From positions 2,976,001-3,040,000 of the forward strand of contig CM060733.1 in assembly GCA_030704615.1 (NCBI GenBank): a DNA stretch of 64,000 nt. The letters run 5' to 3'. Positions 38,201 to 49,994 of this stretch are shown here, piece after piece (position 1 is the stretch's first letter; each line of letters starts with the position of its first letter). The notes under the pieces were generated by a model. The model ran no database searches and had not been told where the DNA came from. It saw only the letters and a program-made list of their open reading frames with translations. A program made the position numbers and the translations under genes. This DNA comes from Takakia lepidozioides. Its lineage: Eukaryota > Plantae > Bryophyta.

Positions 38201-38908
38201 CTTTTACAGGAAGATTTGTCCATGCAAAGTTTGCGGAGGCGACAACCACCCAGTTCTGTTCTGCAGGCACAACATTATGACTTGCGTGTATGGAAGAGCC
38301 CCGTACGGCATACAAACAATGCCAGAGGCTCCCCCGGTGTGGCCGGTGGAACCAGGCTGCGATCCTGAGTCAGGTTGAGGCCGACGCCCTTACCGCCGCA
38401 GGATGTCGGATGGTGCAGCGCACTGACGTCCCCAGACAACCATTTCCGCTCCACAGCCTCCACAACCGACCACCGACCCTTTGAGAGCAAGAACAATGGG
38501 ACCCGACAGCTCTAAGCATCCTAACACCGTTGGGGAAACCTAAGAGGCGCGGCTCCCTCAAATGAACGAGACGAGGATGGGGAATGCACTTCGGATGAAC
38601 TGTACAATCCAGAGCTCGACAGAAGTGCCCCCACCAGGCTCGGGCGGGTGTATCACACATGGCCACGCGCAGGCTCAACTGTTCGCAATGAGTGTACACC
38701 GCACCATTTCAGAATTACCCACCTGCAATTGCACCGACTTTCAGATCATGGCGAACAAGGGGCATCATACTGCCCTTGCAAGCATCTGTACTACGTGTAC
38801 CTAAAGAGACTCCGGTGTAATTCCACAACTCATCACTTCATACATGCACCAGGGTTGAGCCCCCAAGAGGTGCACACTCTTCTGAATATGGATCCAGGGG
38901 ACCAGTGA
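35240..38908 (+). pseudogene. Mutator-like transposase (GCM-like Zn finger, DDE core, SWIM finger), frameshifted as assembled
   Basis: MDRKHDGHPW...GKLRCLNPAC...KCAHC...RACIHLG (zinc-binding N-domain); VMFDHIKR...RVMTIAICEMKGED (first catalytic D); FQGFMAD (second D); FHWMQSL (CxxH region); WWHFRYRQF; N.AES.H; PTCNCTDF...CKHLYYV (SWIM); probable intron ~37407-37486; start uncertain. Confidence 0.8.
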
Positions 38909-39653
38909 GCTGGCTTGCGGTCCCAACACAAGGTACGCCCATCCTTTTCGGATAGTAGAACTGTACAGCTGCAAGTAGCCTGACTCTGGCCACAGAAAGG
39001 TCCGACTTATGTCTTGCCTACCAGTAACCTGTTTTGCTCGACGTCGATAATACTATGTCATTCACTTCGTGTTTTCCACGTGCATGTATTTTTGTGTTGG
39101 AGGTCCTGTTTTTCAGCTCTCCCAAACTTTGCTTTCCTCATTCGACCCCCGGCAAGGAAATGCGGCGCCGCATTTCCAAGTACGTCGTAGTACTGGTAGA
39201 TGCGGCAGTCAGCAACACCAAACCACCCAGATTCGCGCCGTGCGAACCCTAATGCGACACCGCATTTCCTAGTTCACTTGCAAACTTTCCCGCCGAATAC
39301 TGGAAGATGATAGAATTGTGCAGACTCTATTGGTTCAGTCGCGGCAAAAAGGTCAGCTTCATTCCAATGTTAAGGCATGGAAAACCGCGGAATACTCTAT
39401 ACAGGCCAGTATGCGACGTCATTTTGTTGTGGTATACTGGATTTGTCGTTGCACGGTCACTCATTTCCATGAGCGGATCTAAAAAACCATGAGCGGAGTT
39501 GTTACTGACGACATATCTTTGCCGCATTACAGGATCCGTAACTTCCAAAAACGGCAAGGTCAAATATAAAACTATTATTTTAATACTTGTTTAATCTGCC
39601 GCATTTCCAAATTTGGAGGAGTCCGCTCATGAAATCCGCGTGTCTTAGACTTC

Positions 39654-39718
39654 GGCTCACCGCTCATGCGGCTCATGGCTCATGGCTCATGGTTTCTGCT
39701 CATGAAATAGTCAACCTG
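39654..39718 (-). repeat. Right terminus: inverted GCTCATG heptamers and TIR core GCTCATGAAATAG
   Basis: GCTCATGCGGCTCATGGCTCATGGCTCATGGTTTCTGCTCATGAAATAGTCAACCTG. Confidence 0.9.
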
Positions 39719-40158
39719 CTTGCCAACATCAGGAGGGACTGTGGCAACAACATCACAACAACCACGCCAGGTCGACAGTGATGATACCATGGCACTACAG
39801 CAATCACTGTCTGAGGTTTGGGGTGATGCTTCTTTTAACCCACCTACTGCTCCTGTTGCACTTTAATACAATCGGGCTATGATTCTACCCTTCAACCAAA
39901 TTCCCATTGTTTTGGATTTGGCTTGGAAAGAATTCAGTCCTCCAGAGTCTTTGGCACACTATTATCAGATTATGCGCATTTGGTTGTCAATGGCAACTTG
40001 GACTAAAGTTCTTCCAATTGACAGACCCATTGAAGATCACCATTTTGCGCGGTACTGGTCTGAGGCAGGAACCATGCTGAAGGAATTAATTGCCTTCCAG
40101 ATTGTTCATGGATTCATTTACAGCAAGACCAAGGAGGTACCTAGTTTGGTCATGGGTT

Positions 40159-40856
40159 GTCTGACACAGTTTCACATAGCCAGTCACAGTCCGACACAAC
40201 TTGGCACAGCCCGTCACAGCGTTCACGGGGAATGGTTATCATTGGCAAGGAACGACTGTGTGGGAACGACATCTGCAGATGGAACGTGTATTCTGTCTTG
40301 GATGACAGTTAGTTAGTTAGGCGGTTAGAACAATTTGCAGGTAAAATAGGCAGAGTAGCGACATGGAGGGGGTCACTTGGGAGATCACTTCTTGGACATC
40401 ACTTGAGGAGATCAGGCGGAGAGCACGATCTTGGAGCACAGGGATGGAGATTACACAGAGGAGGAGATACGACGAGATGATGCTTGATTCATGCAAGCTG
40501 TAGAGATGCACTATAGAGCAGATTAGAGACACCATGGCTTCGGCCTGATACATGATAGATATTAATATGATTCCTATTTCATAATCACACCGTGTAGAAG
40601 ATATGAGTGAAGCTGTGGAATGAATGCTTGAGTAGTTGGAACATGGTAGATTGCAAAAGCAATCTGATACTTAAACCTAGATAGTAAGGTAACTTACTGA
40701 ACTTGGATAGATATATGAAAGCACCCCATGATACACTAGATGTAGGTCATGACTGATTGTTCTAAGCGGGCTGAGTGCTTAGAGATTTCCAACTCTTCTA
40801 CATTGGAGTTTCCACCTCGGATAGCTAAGGGATGGGTGAGTAAAAGCCGTTCAACA
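40159..40856 (+). repeat. 3' LTR of element B, missing its first ~300 bp and the PPT
   Basis: Homology to 13865-14575 starts within the GACACAG tandem tract; ends TTCAACA. Confidence 0.88.
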
Positions 40857-40861
40857 ACACT

Positions 40862-43800
40862 TTTGGATTCAGGGGCTTCAACATGTTTTATTGACAAAAA
40901 TTTTGCGAAGCAACACAATTTAACGCTCTTAAAAAAAAAACTCTCGGCCCCCGTTGAAGTCATCGATGGACGACCGTTAGCATCATGAAATGTTGACCAT
41001 GAAACTCGACCACTTGAAGTGAAGCTTAAAGATCAAGCATCATATATTGTTTTCAACGTCATCCAGTCTCCAACAAATCTTGTGATCATTGGACTTCCCT
41101 GGTTCGTATTTCACAATCCTGACATCGACTGGCGATTGCGGAAAATTTCTGCAAGACAAAAATGTAGAAATATCAAAGGTATTCAACCTCTGTTCCTTGG
41201 AGCTAGAACTTTTATGAGAGCTACAAAAAATGATGCGACATTTGCACTTTATGCGACTCCGATCAAGACCACAACAGACAAAAGTACTTCAACATTACCC
41301 ACTCAATATCAAGATTTCAATGATGTCTCCGAAGAAAAAAAAAGCAGACATATTGCCAGAACATCGACCTTATGAATGTGCAATTGAGTTACAAGAAGGA
41401 GCCCAACCACCATTCGGCCCAATTTATAACTTATCCCAGACAGAGTTGGCTGCATTACGTGAATACATTGATGAAAATTTGTCGAATAACTTCATCCGAC
41501 ATTCAAAATCACCTGCGGGGACGCCTATCTTGGTTATGAAAAAGAAGGACGGATCATTACGCGTGTGTGCAGACTATCACGGTCTCAACAAAATCACAAT
41601 TAAGAATCGTTATCTGTTGCCACTGATTTTTGGGCTTCTCAACCAGCTGGGACGAGCGAAGATTTTCACCAAAATTGACTTGAGATGAACTTATAACCTT
41701 GTACAGATAAAAGAATGAGACAAATGGAAAACAACTTTTCGAAGGTATGGACATTTTGAATACAGTGTTATGCCTTTCGGTCTTACAAATGCTCCAACAA
41801 TTTTTCAACATATGATGAATGACATCTTTCGAGAATTTTTAGATGACTTTTAGTCATCTATTTGGACGACATTTTGATATTTTCACAGAATGAAGAAAGA
41901 ACATGGCCGCCATGTATGCCTTGTCCTTGATAAATTAAGAGAAAGAGGACTATATGCCAAGTTGGAAAAATGTATTTTTTATTATCTGAGGTCGAATTTT
42001 TGGGCTACATTATATCCGACAAATGTATCTTTATGGATCAGAAGAAAATACAAACCATCATCAAGTGGATTAAACCAACTTCGGTCCGAGATGTACAATG
42101 TTTTTTGGGATTTGCAAATTTCTATAGAATCTTCGTCAAGGACTACTCCAAAATTGCTGCACAATTGACACGACTCACAAAAAAGGATAAATTTGTATGG
42201 GACGAGAAGGCTGACCAGACATTTGAAAGGTTGAAGCAGACATTTACAATGGCTCCAATATTGATACATGCAGACCTATCTAAACCATTCTTTTTGGAAG
42301 CAGATGCATCGGACTTTGTACTTGGCGATGTACTATCTAAATACGGTACGGATGACCGACTTCACCCTGTTGGTTTTCGTTCTCGCAAATTTTCCGCTGC
42401 GGAGATGAATATGAAATCCATGACAAAGAACTTCTGGCAATTATCGATGCTTTTTAAGAGTGACGTCATCTATTGGAGGGAGCTAAACATCAGGTCAATA
42501 TCTACACCGATCACAAAAACCTCGAGTATTTTACGAGTGCTCGTGTTTTGAATCAACGTCAAGCGAGATGAAGTATGTCACTAGCATGGTTTGATTTTGT
42601 TATTACCTACCGTCCATGACATCTTCAAGGAAAACCAGATGTTTTTTCTTGACGATCGTATCTTGCGTCAAAAGAAGGGGACGCAGTTTTCGACCAACAG
42701 AAATCCATCATCTTGAAACCAACAAATCTCCTTGAATATGTTATTCACGTCCACCTATGACACTACAGAGATCATAAATGAGATTCAGGAAGCACTGAAG
42801 AACGACCAATTTCCTAAAACACTACGAAGTTAACTGAATCAACCTCAAGACCACCCCCATATTACAAACGATTTCGAATTCAAAGATGACTTACTTTACT
42901 TCAAGAGACTTCTCTATGTACCTCCAGGACTTATACGACTTTGAATTCTTCAAACAGGTCGTGATCTTCCGGCTGCATGACATTTCGGCTTCAACAAAAC
43001 AATGAAACTGATATCCATGAACTATTGGTGGCCGCAGATGTGGAAACTCGTGAAAGAATTTATAAAATCTTACGACACATGTGCTAGAGCGAAGGGACCA
43101 CGACATCGACCTTACGGTCTTCTTCAACCATTACCCATTCCCAAGGGTCCATGGTCGTCCGTGTCTAGGACTTTATTACGGACCTTCCAATTTTCATGAC
43201 CACCGATTCAATAATTGTTATTGTGGATGGTTTTACGAAGATGGTACATTTCATTCCATGTAATAAGACAGTTACATGCGAGGAAACTGCAAGACTCTTC
43301 CTCAACAATATCTACCCCATTCATGGACTCCCGAAGGACATCGTATCTGATCGAGGATCACAATTCATATCAAATTTCTGGAGGGGATTATTTCACATAT
43401 TGGCTACTAAGATCAACCTCTATACAACTAATCATCCACAGACTGATGGTCAAACCGAACGCGTAAACCAGATTTTGGAGCAATATCTTTGTTGTACGAT
43501 AAATCATCACCAAGATAATTGGACGGACCTTCTGCCATTAGCTAAGTTTGCCTACAACAACACTATACATTCTTCGACCAGACAAACTCCAGTTTTCTCC
43601 AATTATGGTCATCATCCTCGAGCAAACCCTTTCCACATGAAGACTGTTGGAAGCCATGCTGCAGAAAACCTTGCTACTCATCTTGCTACGATTCACAAGG
43701 AGCTTACATTCCACCTCGCAGAAGCTCAAAAACAATACAAGGAGTATGCAGATCAACATTGTCAACTCCAACCCCAGTTCAAGGTCGGAGATCGTGTGTG

Positions 43801-43908
43801 GCTTCTTCGACGGGACATACAAACCTCGCGATCATCAAAGAAGTTGGATTATCAACCTGGGACCATTTAAAATTATTCGACAAATAAATCCGGTCAGTTT
43901 TCGGCTTG
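40862..43908 (+). pseudogene. pol of element A (protease, RT, RNase H, integrase)
   Basis: LLDSGAS; [26 protein letters not shown]; FTKIDLR; IYLDDILIF; LEADASDF; VSDRGSQF; HPQTDGQTERVNQ; GPFKII; multiple stops and frameshifts. Confidence 0.93.
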
Positions 43909-43989
43909 AGCAAGAGTGTGAAAGTGTAGCTATATATACTGATGGGTGGTGCTCCTCCATCCTTAGCGTGTATCAGGTACACTGAATGT

Positions 43990-44322
43990 GGAGTCTTCAC
44001 CTTGAAGCTAACTTGGCTGACATCATCGTTGTGACGTCTTATTGACGTGTCAGGACTTAGCTGGATATCGTTGATGAAACTCTTGGACTTTGTCAAATGC
44101 ATTGACGAGGTTAGATGAAGGTTCTCATGTTCATCAACGCGTAGCCTTTCCAATATACGAAATACTCAAGACGTTTATACTTGATGCGAGAGTCTAGGAC
44201 TTCATCGACTTCATACTCGATTTCCTGATTGACTTCGATTGGTGGAGGTGGTACGTAAACTATCCCTGGAATATTCGATGGATGATACAACTCCAATAAT
44301 GAAACATGAAAGACTGGATGGA
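43990..44322 (-). pseudogene. Integrase tail and chromodomain of element A, inverted in place
   Basis: The minus strand reads HPVFHVSLL...PPPPIEVNQEIEYEVDEVLDSRIKYKRLEYFVYWKGY while the rest of pol is on the plus strand. Confidence 0.88.
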
Positions 44323-44745
44323 ACCAGATACATTTGAGCTGTTGCTTACCCAACTTCCAGTGACCTTCAACATCACGCTGATGCTCTCGAGACGATAGGC
44401 CACCAATGCGACGCGTACTTCCTCGTCTGGACCCCGTACGACGGCAAGTGGAGCCTATTCGAAGTCTGATAATCTTGTTGGAGGTTGCGGCTTCAAAGCC
44501 AGAGGACAACGAAATCATGTGTGAAGACAGCTTCGAAAATCAGAATGCTCAAATCACTGCGTGGTCCCAAGTTCAAGGTGTTGGACACTATCGATGGTTG
44601 TAGGGACCTATAAATCATTTGAGTCAAGAACGAAGAGCCGAATACTTGGCAAGTACCATTCGTCGGATTTTGGATTTTCTCCAACTCTAAGCAAGTCCAA
44701 GATTTTACCGTTCCTCGAGGAACTCGGCGCTAGAGGAGGAGGTGA

Positions 44746-45804
44746 TGTCACGAACATAGCCCAGAAGAACTTATCAGGAGTAAATACCAGAAGTTACCAA
44801 GTTACCATGTTATCGAAAATTATCATGATTTATCGTGATTTATCATGATTTACCATGATTTACCATAAGTTACCATTAATTATCAAGTTACCGGGAGTTT
44901 ACCAAATTATCGAGAGTAACTTGGGAAACTGCTCAGGAAGCTTCATTTGGATAAAACTTCTCCATCAAGCTACCTTTTTTATTTAAGGAAACTTCTCCAT
45001 CAAGGAACCTCAATTTTGTATGAAATCGATGCCATAGAATGGCCCCTCTCGTGGACTATCAGAATTGGGCAACTGATGGTCCTAATTTCAGATTAAGTTG
45101 TTTCATTAGGCAAGTAAGGGGTTAGGCTTTGATGAAGGTAATTCTCTCTTTTTCATGCTAAGATTTATTCAATAAGCCAAATTGGATTGTTTTTGGCTTA
45201 TTGGATAAGGGATCCCAAGGGAACAAGCCATACTAATCTCGCCTCAATCCCAATTGATGCCATCACTCAAATCTTAGATAAACTACCAAAAAATGATATG
45301 TTTATCCAATAGCCCCAATAATGGGCCCCACATTTGAGGGGTGGTGTTTTCTGGATCTCAGGCTGATTGCCCTAGAATGGTATGCAAGGAAGGTACGTTG
45401 GGCGGGTATACAGGTCAGAGCCGGATATGTACCACAATATGTCCAGCCCTGGGGAAGCCTCTTAGGGAACCTCTTAGTAACAAGTATATATAGGAGGCGA
45501 GACTGAACACTCTTCAGTCTCGCCAACACCAGTTCAAGCTACTCTTGTTTCCAGTTCCAGTACTCCAGCCCAGTTCCCAGTACTGTAGTCCAGTTTCCAG
45601 TATCTAGTACTCCAGTCCAGTTTCCAGCATTCCAGTATTCAAGTCGAGTTCCAATATCTTGTACTCTTGTCCATTGTTATAAAGATCATCTTGATTCATG
45701 TTTACTCATCATGCATTCGGCCACGCCGACCTTGACTTCTTGTCTAGTCTTGTATCTCTAGTCTGATATCTTGTTTGTATTCAGTCATGTTCTCGTCCTT
45801 GACA
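44746..45804 (+). repeat. 3' LTR of element A family, interrupted by ~440 bp of unrelated DNA (45012-45449)
   Basis: TGTCACGAACATAGCCC start after the PPT; 45450-45804 matches 12046-12352. Confidence 0.88.
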
Positions 45805-46011
45805 GGTACAAAGATGACATATCGCATTGCTTATTTGGTCAACTGTTATAATATTCCTCCATCTTTGTTCTTGAATACTATCAGACTGACATCTATTTGG
45901 TGCCCATGAGTACGGATGAACATACAGGAAAAATGAAAGGAAAAAAAAGATGTTGCTCAGGTGGGAGTTGTGGACAAGATAGCAGTTATTACGTGCGTTT
46001 CATCAAGTATT
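45805..46011 (+). pseudogene. pogo transposase fragment (first catalytic-D region) in opposite orientation to the 9593-11041 remnant
   Basis: RIAYLVNCYNIPPSL..NT.QT.IYLVP...DK...ITCVSSS, which joins logically onto VDGTILP.QIIFKGKT at 11041 (minus strand). Confidence 0.72.
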
Positions 46012-46361
46012 TGTCAAGGACGAGAACATGACTGAACACAAACAAGAGATCAGACTAGAGGTACAAGACTAGACAAGAAGTCAACTTTAGTCAAGGTCGA
46101 CGTGGCCGAATGCATGATGGATAAACATGGATCAAGATGAGCTTTATAACAATGGACATGAGTACAAGATACTGGAACTCGACTTGAATACTAGAATGCT
46201 GGAAACTGGACTGGAGTACCAGATACTGGAAACTGGACTAGAGTACTGGGATTGGAAACAAGAGTAACTTGAACTTGTGTTGGCAAGACTGAAGAGTGTC
46301 CAGTCTCGCCTTATATATATACTGGCTGCTAGGAAGTTCCATAAGAAGTTTCCCCAATGGA
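46012..46361 (-). repeat. Inverted 3' half of an element A LTR
   Basis: The reverse complement matches 12042-12352, ends TGACA and is followed by AATAC. Confidence 0.92.
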
Positions 46362-47742
46362 AGCAGATCTGAAAAAGCAATTTATATTTAAATAGGCTTG
46401 GAAGCCTGTTATGGGCCTGGTGGGCGTTTAAGGGTTAAAAGCTTTGGCTCAAGTTTTTCGAGGACACTCCTTTTGATAGCTATTGCCATGACCTTGGCCC
46501 CATTTATCACATATCTCTCATGAGGTTATGTGAATATGGCTTCCCATAAGAGATATCATCCACACATTTTTCAAGAATGTTCTTTTAGTTACGGAAAGGC
46601 GGTTGTGTATTGTATGCCATGTACGCACTCAGGATCACTGCCCTGGATGTGACGACAACCATATCTGCCTTGGTGAGTGTTGGATGAGGCATACCGCATA
46701 ATCAGTGTGTTTCCCTGTTGGTCATTGGGTTGTGTGGCTCATGGGTGTGTAAGGTGTGCGTTTTTGTGTTTTGTGTGGGAGGTTGAACATTTTTGGCTTG
46801 TGGTCTTGTTTTGGGGTGATGCTTGGGGAGGGGGAAGAGGATTGTGTGCACAAAGGGTAGACTAGGGGGTTCAAACTCCCCCTCCGTCTTGGGAAGACAT
46901 TGCTAGCTTGGGGGTGATTGCAGGTGCTCGCGGCAAGCAAGCATATACACATGAAGCAAGTAAAACGGTTGGCAGTGGCAGGTTGCTTGTGGGTTGAAAC
47001 GACGAAACATAGGGCTTTTCTTGGGATAAACGGTTTCGGCCCCATCATTCGCCCATGATAAAATGATAACTTTGCCCATTTTTTTGGCCGGAAGTGTTTG
47101 CCAGATCGGGCAATATTTGGCCTGAGCTGGGATTTAGGGAGGAATTCTCAAAAATGGAAATTTGTATCTCTACATAGGTTAGAATGATGGGTCTTTTTTT
47201 CCAGGTTGTGAGTAAGTAGGCAAGGAAGACTATGACCGCTGGAATTGTGGTTCCACGTGGAATTTGGACACCCCAATGCTGATTTGGGGGTCAATTGTAC
47301 TGTATGATATTTTTTACCCCCCTATTTTCCCATACAAAGCAACCCTTATGAGATTTGGAATTAGGCTCTGAAATTTTGGGCCAACATGCTTTAGGTGCCA
47401 CATATTCACAATGTGGATGACTTGTATGAATGGAAAATCATCTTGGCAGGCCAAATTCTCTTTGAGCACCGCAACCTGAATGGATTCTAGATGTCAACCC
47501 ACGGTGGATATGCCGACCTAGCCGCCTGGCGGCTTACCCTGCAGAGCTACCCTGCAGAGTCGGCAGGGGCTTGCCCATTCCGTAATACATTATCAGTGAT
47601 GATCATAAACTTCTTTACATCAACTAGTGCCGTCAAGTTCATAATGCATGAACTAGGTCATAAAATTCCAGCTCACGAACTAGAATTTTTTTTGCAGCAC
47701 TATTCAATTTCATTGATTCATATGACATGGGATGTCTATCTT

Positions 47743-48000
47743 TTAACCCCTAATGGTTGGACGAGCCCGTTTTTGGTGGACCCACTACAAAATGGAACAT
47801 ACTCTCATGGATGAGGGTATATTCCTCAGTTGACAAACATCCATAGGGATGAACCTCTTGAAAGTCACCCTATACTTCATGCACCTGCTGTAAAGACTTA
47901 GGTGATATGACCTTGTGATTAGGAAGATTTTAACAAAAATCCAATCCCAACATTTCTACTTTACTCCAATTTCAGAGCCAAAGAATGGTTTGACGCATGT
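47743..48000 (+). repeat. Diverged copy of a non-autonomous repeat beginning TTAACCC
   Basis: Colinear similarity to 51032-51290 (GGACGAGC...TTTTTGGTGG.CCCACT...CATAC.CT.ATGGATG...GGGATGAACCT). Confidence 0.55.
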
Positions 48001-49994
48001 TAAGCTGACCTGTCCGATCAAAGTGAAGTGAGGTGTAATAATAAGACTTCCATAAACTTGTTTCCAGTCTGTGACATGAACATGGACCTTAAGGATAATC
48101 TCAAGGCCTACCCACCCTTGGGACTAGACTGAAATTTAAACTGGGGGCTGGAAGCCTGCCTTTGAACAATACACGATGCAGAGAGGAATTATTGCTTGGT
48201 GTGGCAACAGCCTCAAGACAATATCCATCTTATACATTGTCTGGGATGTTCTCAATAGAGACTGACCATATTCATTAACATCAAGAATATTGTCCCTACA
48301 CCTCTGTTCACTAACTTTGAAAACCTTGAGGCTGAGCCTAAAGCCCTGGCCCCGTTGGGGTCTAATTGCTGAGCAGCACACACACACAGCAAGTTGGTGC
48401 TTGTGTCAAGGGCTTTCTAGACGATATGTGGAAAACCCAAACTAATGGTCTTCACCATGGTTCTGCCCAAACTGTGCAAAGGGTCTATGGCCACAAGGCT
48501 ATGGCAAACAACTTCCTAAGAGTACATTCTCTTCTGCCCACTTCCACTTGGGATTTGACAACAGGAGGGTGTAACTCCACTATAGGGATAACACAAACCA
48601 TAGTGTCTACCCCATCTCCGATCTTCCTTCCTAGCTCTTCTTTCCCTTTAACACCAGCCACACCCTTACTACCATGCGGGACTGCCTCACCACTGTCAGG
48701 CCCTTGTCAGACTACACCCAATAGCTCTTCACATGAAAAGTTTCACCCTTCACTCTTGAGTCCTGACGAGGCTTGGAAGCTGGCTGCACTTTCAATTCCC
48801 GCACAAAGTTTAGGCTTTCATTGTAAGATCCTTGCTACGTGAACTTGACTTTGGCTTATTTGTTTGAAATATCAAAACGTCAGCCTTGGCAGCCTAAGTC
48901 TGTCTGTCTGTCTGTCTCTGTTTGTGCATGTGTGTCTCTGGATATTCCATGTTACAATATTGAAGTTAAGGTCAATGCTACCTGTCCCAAGTTTTGCAGT
49001 TCAATATGGGAAGCAGTACCTATTGATTGTCACCCCTATTTCGCAGCAGGATTCTGCCACATCCATGATGATGATTAGGAGAGGTAAAGAGTGAGAGTGT
49101 CTACTTATTTGCTGTGGTTGCCCACAAATCCACACCTAATGAGCATTAATTTCACTTGTCCAATTTGCTTTAAGCATCACTAGAAAAAATCTGAGATGGT
49201 CCAGCCAACACATCAATGCCAGCCTGCCACTACTAAAAAAAATGCATCGTCATTAAGCAGCCATGTTATTCATTGCTTGATGAACATCAAACTCCTGGTT
49301 TCAGACAATTACTATGCTAAGGCCCTGAAATTCCTCCAGGTAACTACAAATTTAGGCATAGCCGTCAGAGAAACAGAGGAAATGTCTGACCACCTGTGAA
49401 ATCAAACAACCTCTAAAGGTTCATTTTAGCTATCATGTTGAGTTTTCATAACCTCCTTCCACACAATAAAACTTCGGAACATAAACATCTGATCAAAAAA
49501 TGTTACCCTCATTCTTTCCATTTGTGAACCAACTATTGGTGAATTTTTTTCCAGGATAACAGGACAAGAACCACGCACTCTTGTATCAAAGCAGAAATGG
49601 AACTACTTTTCAAACACGAAAACCCTTCCTTCTCACTTATTTAGCTTCATCTTGGGTCTACTTCCAAGTCTACCGAGTACATCCTTTCTGTCTCAACATG
49701 GCAGTAGCCTTAAAAGACCAAGAAAAGAAAGAGCCAGAAATGGACAATGTGAAGGCAAGCGGTCATGCAAGGAGAGAGAAAGAGAGAATCTTATCCAGAC
49801 ATTACGCTGCTTTCAACCTTGTAATGCTTTGCCATTACTTGCCAAATTTGTCAGGCATGATGTTGAACCTCCCCTGTGAAAATGCAGGCATATTGTGGAA
49901 GCATGACAAGAATGGAATTGTGAATGTGAAAGAGTTTTATTGCTATATGAGTAAGGACAGTAAAGGGGAAAACCAGAATTGGTATCAATTAATA

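Larger units (their letters stand above)
23964..39718 (+). mobile_element. Giant (15,755 bp) Mutator-like DNA transposon carrying cargo genes and palindrome arrays
   Basis: Direct repeat CTTGCCAAC at 23955-23963 and 39719-39727; inverted core CTATTTCATGAGC 8 bp inside each end; (CATGAGC)n subterminal repeats in inverted orientation; DDE+SWIM transposase. Confidence 0.88.
13562..40856 (+). mobile_element. Element B: non-chromoviral Ty3/Gypsy LTR retrotransposon with extra ORFs, decayed, interrupted by the Mutator-like element
   Basis: 5' LTR 13562-14575 and partial 3' LTR ~40159-40856; TSD GCACT/ACACT; removing it restores GTA GAA GCA CTT TTG GAT TCA GGG (VEALLDSG) of element A protease; PBS-like TTTGGCGACC at 14576. 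Confidence 0.9.
11788..45804 (+). mobile_element. Element A: chromoviral (Tcn1-like) Ty3/Gypsy LTR retrotransposon, decayed and interrupted by element B
   Basis: LTRs TGTCAC...GACA at 11788-12352 and 44746-45804; gag at 12391-13400; protease split by element B; RT, RNase H and integrase at 40862-43908; chromodomain; PPT AGAGGAGGAGGTGA before 44746. Confidence 0.9.

Noticed and set aside
23964-39718. Bacterial, plasmid or phage contamination suggested by ParB and MTase motifs and higher GC
   Set aside because: The gene has phase-compatible spliceosomal introns, and the segment is bounded by a TSD inside a plant retrotransposon.
48130-48850. Possible LINE ORF1 remnant (similar coding-like debris at 54400-55800)
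   Set aside because: Only vague Cys/His spacing and S/P-rich sequence; too degraded to call.
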